A stretch of 64,000 bases of DNA from Hemiscyllium ocellatum (taxonomy: Eukaryota). The stretch lies in contig NC_083433.1 in assembly GCF_020745735.1 (NCBI RefSeq), forward strand, positions 6,521,363 to 6,585,362. The letters are read 5' to 3'. Positions within the stretch are counted from its first letter, which is position 1. Each line of letters starts with the position of its first letter. Shown piece after piece: positions 54,951 to 64,000 of this stretch. A program made the translations under genes and the position numbers. Below the pieces are notes generated by a model that was not told the origin of the DNA, made no database searches, and saw nothing but the letters and a program-made list of their open reading frames with translations.

Positions 54951-56559
54951 TGAACTGACTGCAGGGAGCAAGCTGTGTAACTTTTTGGTATTAATTGGAG
55001 ATGTGCAGAGTAAGGTCACTTTTCTTTTAAAAAGTGACCTGCCCTCTATTGTGAAATATGCCAACTGTAAATAAACTGCTCAATACTGTACTTTGTTGTT
55101 TACTTGTTTGGATGAATGTCTCATTTGTGAAGAGGTATGATGAGATGTAACCTGTTGTGGAAAAGCCATTACCACAATAAAAAGGAGCAGTTTATCCTGA
55201 GATTGCTATTCAGGTGGCTGCAATCCAGTTTGAATCCTCCCTCTTGGGAGGGTGTAATATTAGCCATTGGCTGAGACATTAGGCTTATAAATCTCCTCCT
55301 CCTCTCCAAACAGGAGGACTGGCCACAAATGTAGTCATGGCACAAGTGATCAGATTTATTCCATGTAGGTTTTTTGAGGGAGTTTGGCAACACTGGCTTC
55401 CTGGCAAGTCTGGACTTAGACCAGTCCCACTGCTGTTCCTAATTCACTGGGAATGCCCTCCATAGAACTGCTTACTTTATGTCCAATCTGTCTTGGCACA
55501 TTGTGCAAAGCTCAAATGTCTTCATTGCTTTTCCAGTGTTGATCCTGTTTGTATTCTGCTAAATGCAGATACTAGCAATCCCTCCCAGAGTTCTGTAGGA
55601 GTGAAATTGAGGGAGTTTTCTCCCCTCAGTAGGGGAGGCTAAAATAACCAGGCGTACGTTTAGAGGGAGAGATGTAGAGGCCAGAGGGTGCAGTCTCTGG
55701 ACTGGACTGCTTAGAGGTAGTAGTGGAGGGGAATATAACTGTCACTTTCAACACTCCAATAACTACATGGATTGGATAAGTATGGTGACTTACATCCCAA
55801 CTGGGAGTAGATTAATCGAGGAAATGGGTGGTATGGAAAAGATGCTGCACCTTTTTGAGGTGCATCAACGTAGTCCTAATGTCACTGCTCTGCAGCGTCT
55901 AAGAGGCTGTCTTCATAGACAATGCTTTGTACAATAACAATTGCTGATGTGTCTGGGCTTGTTGGAAAGGGACCCTCTCCAATAGTTCTGGGCTGGGTGT
56001 GAACTCACTTGACTGGGATAGACTTCCTGAGAACTTGTGACCTCTTGGTCAGTCAGAGCTCAGTGCAAGGTCTCTGGATTCAAAGCACCAACATATGCTG
56101 CACTCAATCAAATCTGACCTATAATTACTGTCTCCTGTTGTAAGGGAGCCAATTAATACAGGAGCACAGTGATCATCAAATAACATCCTTCAGCTCCTGT
56201 CCAGTACAGATATTAGGAAGAGGAATTCTGCTCCAGGAATTACAAAAAGAAGGTTCCTTGTGTATATTTAAGGAAATAATCCAGATGATTGAGCTGAATA
56301 TTCCCTCCTTGCCCCCAAAATATTCTCCAACCATTTGTCAGCAGCAATCGGGTGACAACTAACAACTTGTAAATCTACACTGATTGTAGCCAAATGATTT
56401 AATCTTTATATATTCTGCTCCATCTGGTTGTATCATTACCCCTCTGAATGGGTGCCAACCTGGTTGCTATTGCAGTTGTGATTACCCATTGTTTATGTTG
56501 GTCTCACGTGTTTGAAAAAATGCCACATGATTCATTAAAACTTCAATCTTCAGTCATCC

Positions 56560-56885
56560 ATTTTAGAATCCCAACAGTGTGAAAGTAAGCCATTCAGCCC
56601 ATTGAATTCACACTGACCTTTAGAAAAGCATCTTACCCATACACCCCTTCTTACCTTATCTCTGTAATCCCTCATTTCCCATGGCTAACCCAGCTACCTA
56701 CACATCCCTGGATGCTATGGACAATTTCCCATTGCCAATCCACCACAACCTGCACATCTTTGGACTGTGGGAGGAAACTGGAGCACGCAGACACAGAGAG
56801 AATGTGTAAACTCCACACAAACTGTTGCCTGAAGGTCCCTGGTGCTGTGAGGCAGCAGTGCTAACCAATGAGCCACCGAATCACC
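56560..56885 (-). mobile_element. HE1-like V-SINE
   Basis: V-domain reverse complement. Confidence 0.7.
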
Positions 56886-58004
56886 CGATGCCTTTGTGAA
56901 ACAATAAAAATGCAAAAACGTTGCAGCCTCTTTGTTTTCACACCCATCACCATTCTCACTTTGCAGGTAGTGATTGTGAAATCGGTGAGTCCCAACGAAT
57001 AGGAGCAGAGGGAGCTTATTCAGCCCATTGGGTCTGACAGCCACATGTTGTGGAAAACCCATTACCACAATAAAAGGAACAGTTTATCCTGAGAGCTTGC
57101 TATTCAGGTGGCTTCAATCCAGTTTGAATTGTCCCTCTTGGGAGGGTGTAATATTGGGAGCCACCCCACTGATCTGATAATCCTCATCTCCATATTCTCG
57201 TTTGTCTCCGTAAACTTTGATCATTACAAACTTAAAAACCTATCTCAACCCATCCTTAACAGCCCTCTGCAAGAAAGAATTCCATAGATTCAGAAGGGAT
57301 TGGGAGAAATTTCTCCTTATCTATCTTCAACTGGTGATGTCTTACTCTGAGATGACGCTCTCTTGTGCTGGTCACTCTCACAAGGGGAACCACCGTCTCT
57401 GCATCCACTCTGTCAACCTCCTGAAGAAACACATGTTACAGGTCATGTCTTTTCTCATTATTCTGACCCACTTAACTGTCTCTTCATGAGAGAGTCCTTC
57501 CATAGGATCAGCCCAGTGAACCTTTTCTGGTCTGCCTCCAACCCTTTAGGTCAGGGGCCAAAACTGTTCCCAGTACTCCAACTGTGGTTTGGCACGAGTC
57601 AACATTATGGTGCTGGAAAAGCACAGCAGGTCAGACAGTGTCCGAGAAGGAGAATCGACGTTTCGAGCATAAGCCCTTCAATCAGGCTTCATCAAGCCCT
57701 TCATAAGCCTTTTTGGGATTTTGCCCAAAACATCTGTTCACCTGCTCCTCAGATGCTGCCTGGCCGGCTGCGTTTTTCTAGCACCACACTCTCAACTTTG
57801 ATCTCCAGTCCTCACTTTCTCCATCTGTAATGGAACCCGATGTCATTGTGTCAAACCTCAGAGAAACTGTCCCATAAAGCAGAAGAACCAGTTTAGGTCA
57901 GATTGTTCAAATTCATTCTTATCCATCCATCGACAAACAGAAAGTTAGGAGTTTGTTCAGGATCTATTCATCTATAAGCAATGATCGCAAGATTGATTCC
58001 AAAT

Positions 58005-58231
58005 CTCTGATTGGCTCTGGGTTATGGCCCCTCACCAATCCCCTCCTCCTTTGTTCATTGATGCTTATATTGCATGGTGATTCCTGATAGGCTATTGGGG
58101 ATCATTAATCATCATTGGTGCTGCCACTCCCTGTTGGGTGCAGTGTGTCCAAGGAGGATAAATAGAAGAGCTTGTGGGTGAGAGGCTTAGTTCTACAGTT
58201 GTCTAGGTGATAGTGTGTTGGAATAGTGAAG
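58005..58231 (+). promoter_or_regulatory. F10 proximal promoter and 5' leader
   Basis: ctgattggc, CTTTGTT, GGGTG, GATAAA at 58157-58162. Confidence 0.6.
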
Positions 58232-60115
<1,884 letters not shown>

Positions 60116-60624
60116 ACTGTGTACTTCTCAGTTGGGCTTTGAAATGTAACTTGAAATAAAACACTTAATATTTACTTGTTTGTGCCTCTTAATTTGGAAC
60201 CAACATCTAAGCAGTGATGGAAACCATTTAAGATCACTCTTTCAATATGCCAATTCTGGGTCCCAGCTCAAGGCCAAAGAGCATTGTTTGAAAGACTTTT
60301 AATGTAAGTTGCCTTTTTACAATCTAATCTTGGGCTCTAGAAAATGGAACAATGTCACTTGGTCCATTGACTATTTCAGCACAATCATGACTGAGCATTC
60401 AACTCTACCTTCGATATCTTTAGCCTTAATTCTATTTCTCTGATCTGTGTTTTGGCTTCCACTGCAGTGTTAGGGAAATCTGTGTAGGCTTTTCAAGGAT
60501 GGAGAAATGTTTCATTAGTCCTAAATGACCATATTGCATCTCTTTAGAGACCTCTGGTTCCTGACTGCTCAGTTACCAAGACAACTTTCTCACAGCATTC
60601 ACATGATCTAGTCCTATCCATGTA

Positions 60625-62500
60625 CTGTGGATACAGACCCTTCAGTCCATACTGACTGTAATTCCCAATCAAGCAAGTCCCCTCTACATGTTCTTGGCTC
60701 CTACATTTCCACTTGCTTTTTGTATGAACTTATACAAATGTCTCACCAAGATTGTAACTGTACTTATTCACCACTTCCTCTAGCAGTTCATTCCACACAT
60801 GAACTAATATGGTGGTTTCACAAAAAGTCAAACTTTATTCTTGTAATTTTATATAAAAAAAGTGTCTGAAATTCCTTTCTAGTCTCAGGAAAATACACCC
60901 GTCAATCACCTTATCTAGACCTGTCGGATGTCATTTAACCTCCTCTGTTCTAGCCGCTCCTTTGTAATTCAAAGCCTCCAATCCTAGCAATATCCTGATA
61001 TGTTAACTGAAACCTCGAAGTTAACTGCCTTCCTATAGTAGAGTGACTGCAGGAAAAACCCCTCCAATGTCCTGTACAATCCCAACATGATGATCTAACT
61101 CATGACTAAGCAAGTATGCTAAATGTCTTTAAAAGCCTTGTCCACATGTGACACAAACTTCCAAGAATTATGAATCAGAGTCCCTTGGTCTCTGGTCTAC
61201 AGTACTATCCAAGGGTCTTCTTTGCTTGTATAAGTCATGCCCTTGTTGTTTTACCAAAATGCAATACCTTTACACTTATCCAAAATCAAGTCTCTCTGCT
61301 ACTCTTTAGCCTATTGATCAAGATCTCTTTGCCCTATTATAATTTCATGGGCTTCTGGCATTCTTTCCCCTTATCATCACCACCAACCTTCTAAGCTCCA
61401 GTGTGTATATATAGTCCAAATGATCCAGCTATCCTTCATTCAGTCCTGCCATCTGGTAATTTTTATTGGAGTCATAGAGCCCTCCAGCACAAAAATAGGC
61501 CCTTTGGTCCAAACCAGCACATGCCAACCAAAATGTCTATCCATGCTCACCCCATTTCCCTGCAAGTTGGCCCATATTCTTCTAATCCTTTCCTATCTGT
61601 ATATTTGTCCAAATGTCTTTGAAGTTTTGTTAATGTACCCACTTTACCCACTTCAACCACTTCCACTGGCAGCTCATTCCATATGCATACCACCCTCTGT
61701 AAAAAAAGTTGACTCTCGGGTTCCCTTTTATTCTTTCTCCTCGATTCCCCAACCCTGGGAAAAAGACAGAGAGCATTCACCCTATCTATACGCCTCATAT
61801 CTTATACACTTTTGTAAGATCTTCCCTTAGTCTCCTCCATTCTAAAGAAAAAAGTCCTAGTTTGTCCAACCTTTCCCTATAACCTAGACCATTGAGTCAG
61901 TGTAAATTTCTTCTGCACACTTTCCAATTTAATACCATCCTTCCTATAGCAAGGTGCCTGAAATTGAACACAATACTCCAAGTGTGGCCTCATCAAAGTC
62001 CTGTAATAACTGCAACATTTCCCAACTTCTATACTCAATGCTCTACCCAATGAAGGCCAGTGTGCCAAAAGTATTTTTCACTGCCCTGTCTACGTGTGAC
62101 TCCACTTTCAGAGAATTGTAAACCTGAACATCAAAGTCCCTCTGAACCACTACACTCCTTAAGATTCTACCATTCACCATAAAACTCCTACCTTGATTTG
62201 ACTTTCCAAAATGCAAGGCCTCACACATACCTGTATTAAACTCCATTTGCAGTCAGAATATCTATCATGAGACCAAAACTGCACACACCATTCAGAGTAT
62301 GGTCATAATAATAACTTGTACAATTCCAGCAAGATGTCCCTGCTCCTATATTCTCATCTTCCTGTTGCAAAGGCCAACAGGCCATCTGCTGTCTTCCCTG
62401 CCTGCTGCAGCTGCATGTTTCTTTCAGCAGTTGGTGTTCAAGGATACCCAGGTCTTGTTGCATCTTCCCCGCATTCCAACCTCCCAAACTATTGCCATTT
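60625..62500 (-). mobile_element. Cluster of CR1-like LINE fragments (best preserved ~61468-62250)
   Basis: QRVVCIWNELP, RPHLEYCVQF and MEFNTGMCEALHFGKSN motifs. Confidence 0.8.
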
Positions 62501-62599
62501 GGATAATCTACATTCTTCTTGAGAACTGCCATCAGCAATATGAGATTTAAGTCCCTGCATTGTTTTATGTTTGCAGTCATATTTCATTTTGCTGCTGTA

Positions 62600-62935
62600 T
62601 AGGGCACAATGGCTCAGTAGTTAGCACTGCCAGCACCTTGGTTTGATTGCAGCCTCAGGTGACTGTCTGTGTGACATTTGCACATTCTCCCCGTGTCTGC
62701 GTGGGTGTCCTTTGGTGCTCCTGTTTCCTCCCACTATCCAAAGATGTGCAGGTGAGGTGAATTGGCCATGCTAAATTGCCCATCATGTTCAGGGATGTGC
62801 TAGGTGCATTAGTTAGGGGTAACTGTAGAGTAGTCCAGGAATGGATCTGGGTGGATTACTCTTGGGAGGGTCAATGTGAACTTGTCAGGCCAAATGGCCT
62901 GTTTCCATACTGTAGGGATTCTGTGATGATTCTAT
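62600..62935 (+). mobile_element. HE1-like V-SINE
   Basis: Same family as 9461-9810. Confidence 0.85.
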
Positions 62936-63609
62936 GGAAGTTGATCAATAAGAATTTATGCTTCTTACCACTTGGATGTTTTAATCCATGTCCACAGGTA
63001 GGTATTGATTGGAAGCAGTTCCTGTGGGAAGGATCAATCAATAATTGCCCTCAGAGCCAGTACAACCATAGGCTTTCATCAAAGCCTGTGGGGACCATTG
63101 AGTGACCACATGATGTCTGTCAGTTTGGTCAAAGCCCATTGTGACCATTGGACGTTCACTGCATCTTGAATTCTTGTTTCATCTAGAACGGGTATCAAGA
63201 TCTGAATGCATTTTCTGTTCATGTGGATTGACTGTGTCTGCTGGTGGTATTTCTCCCTGGAAGCTCCTGCCTGTCATGTAACTAACAGTTCCAGATGGGA
63301 ATCACTGTTGCTCTGTCTGGTGCACCTCAAGCAAAAGTTAATCCAAGGGAGCACATCTCATCACTTCATCCAAGAATAAACCCTTCTCAAATGAAGCCAG
63401 AAGTCAACATAGGAGATCTCAGTAACACAGCCACTTGAAGCAAAAGGATCAGAAAAATCACTTGAAAAAGCACTTCAAAAGTAATTTTTTAAAAATCATT
63501 CCATTTTTATCTAGCTGTAAACAACCAGCTCGTTGGAAGTTTGTTGAGAACTTATTAATCTGAAAGCAGTGACCTCATCAAGAATAATATCCCAAATATT
63601 GACATTTCA

Positions 63610-63998
<389 letters not shown>

Positions 63999-64000
63999 TC

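Noticed and set aside
58134-58155. CAGTGT near the F10 (and F3) promoter as a possible IRE loop
   Set aside because: The flanks do not form the 5-bp upper stem with a C bulge, the motif lies upstream of the TATA-like box, and other copies read CAGGGT.

Overview
Eukaryotic, repeat-rich genomic DNA, most likely from a cartilaginous fish (inferred from HE1/V-SINE, CR1/HER1-like LINE, DeuSINE-like and Penelope-type repeats). The window is a tandem array of 11 ferritin heavy/middle-type loci with the standard 4-exon vertebrate structure (coding exons 102/147/126/153-156 nt, all GT-AG, phase 0). Six copies (F1-F6) lie on the minus strand and five (F7-F11) on the plus strand, diverging from a centre at about 39-42 kb. 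F2-F6 and F10 are intact, and F1 and F11 are cut by the window edges. F7 is an exon-1-only relic interrupted by a Tx1-like ORF1 (3x CCHC) element, F8 carries an in-frame 24-bp micro-inversion in exon 2, and F9 has a nonsense codon and has lost a ferroxidase-site Glu. Notable features: no recognisable iron-responsive element in any 5' leader; a shared promoter with several CCAAT/Y-box, CACCC and GATAAA motifs; near-identical exons between unrelated introns; mosaic paralogs whose ancestry switches inside exons; and a ~6.5-kb inverted segmental duplication. Exon coordinates were counted by hand. Repeat boundaries are approximate and family names are by recognition, not by database search.
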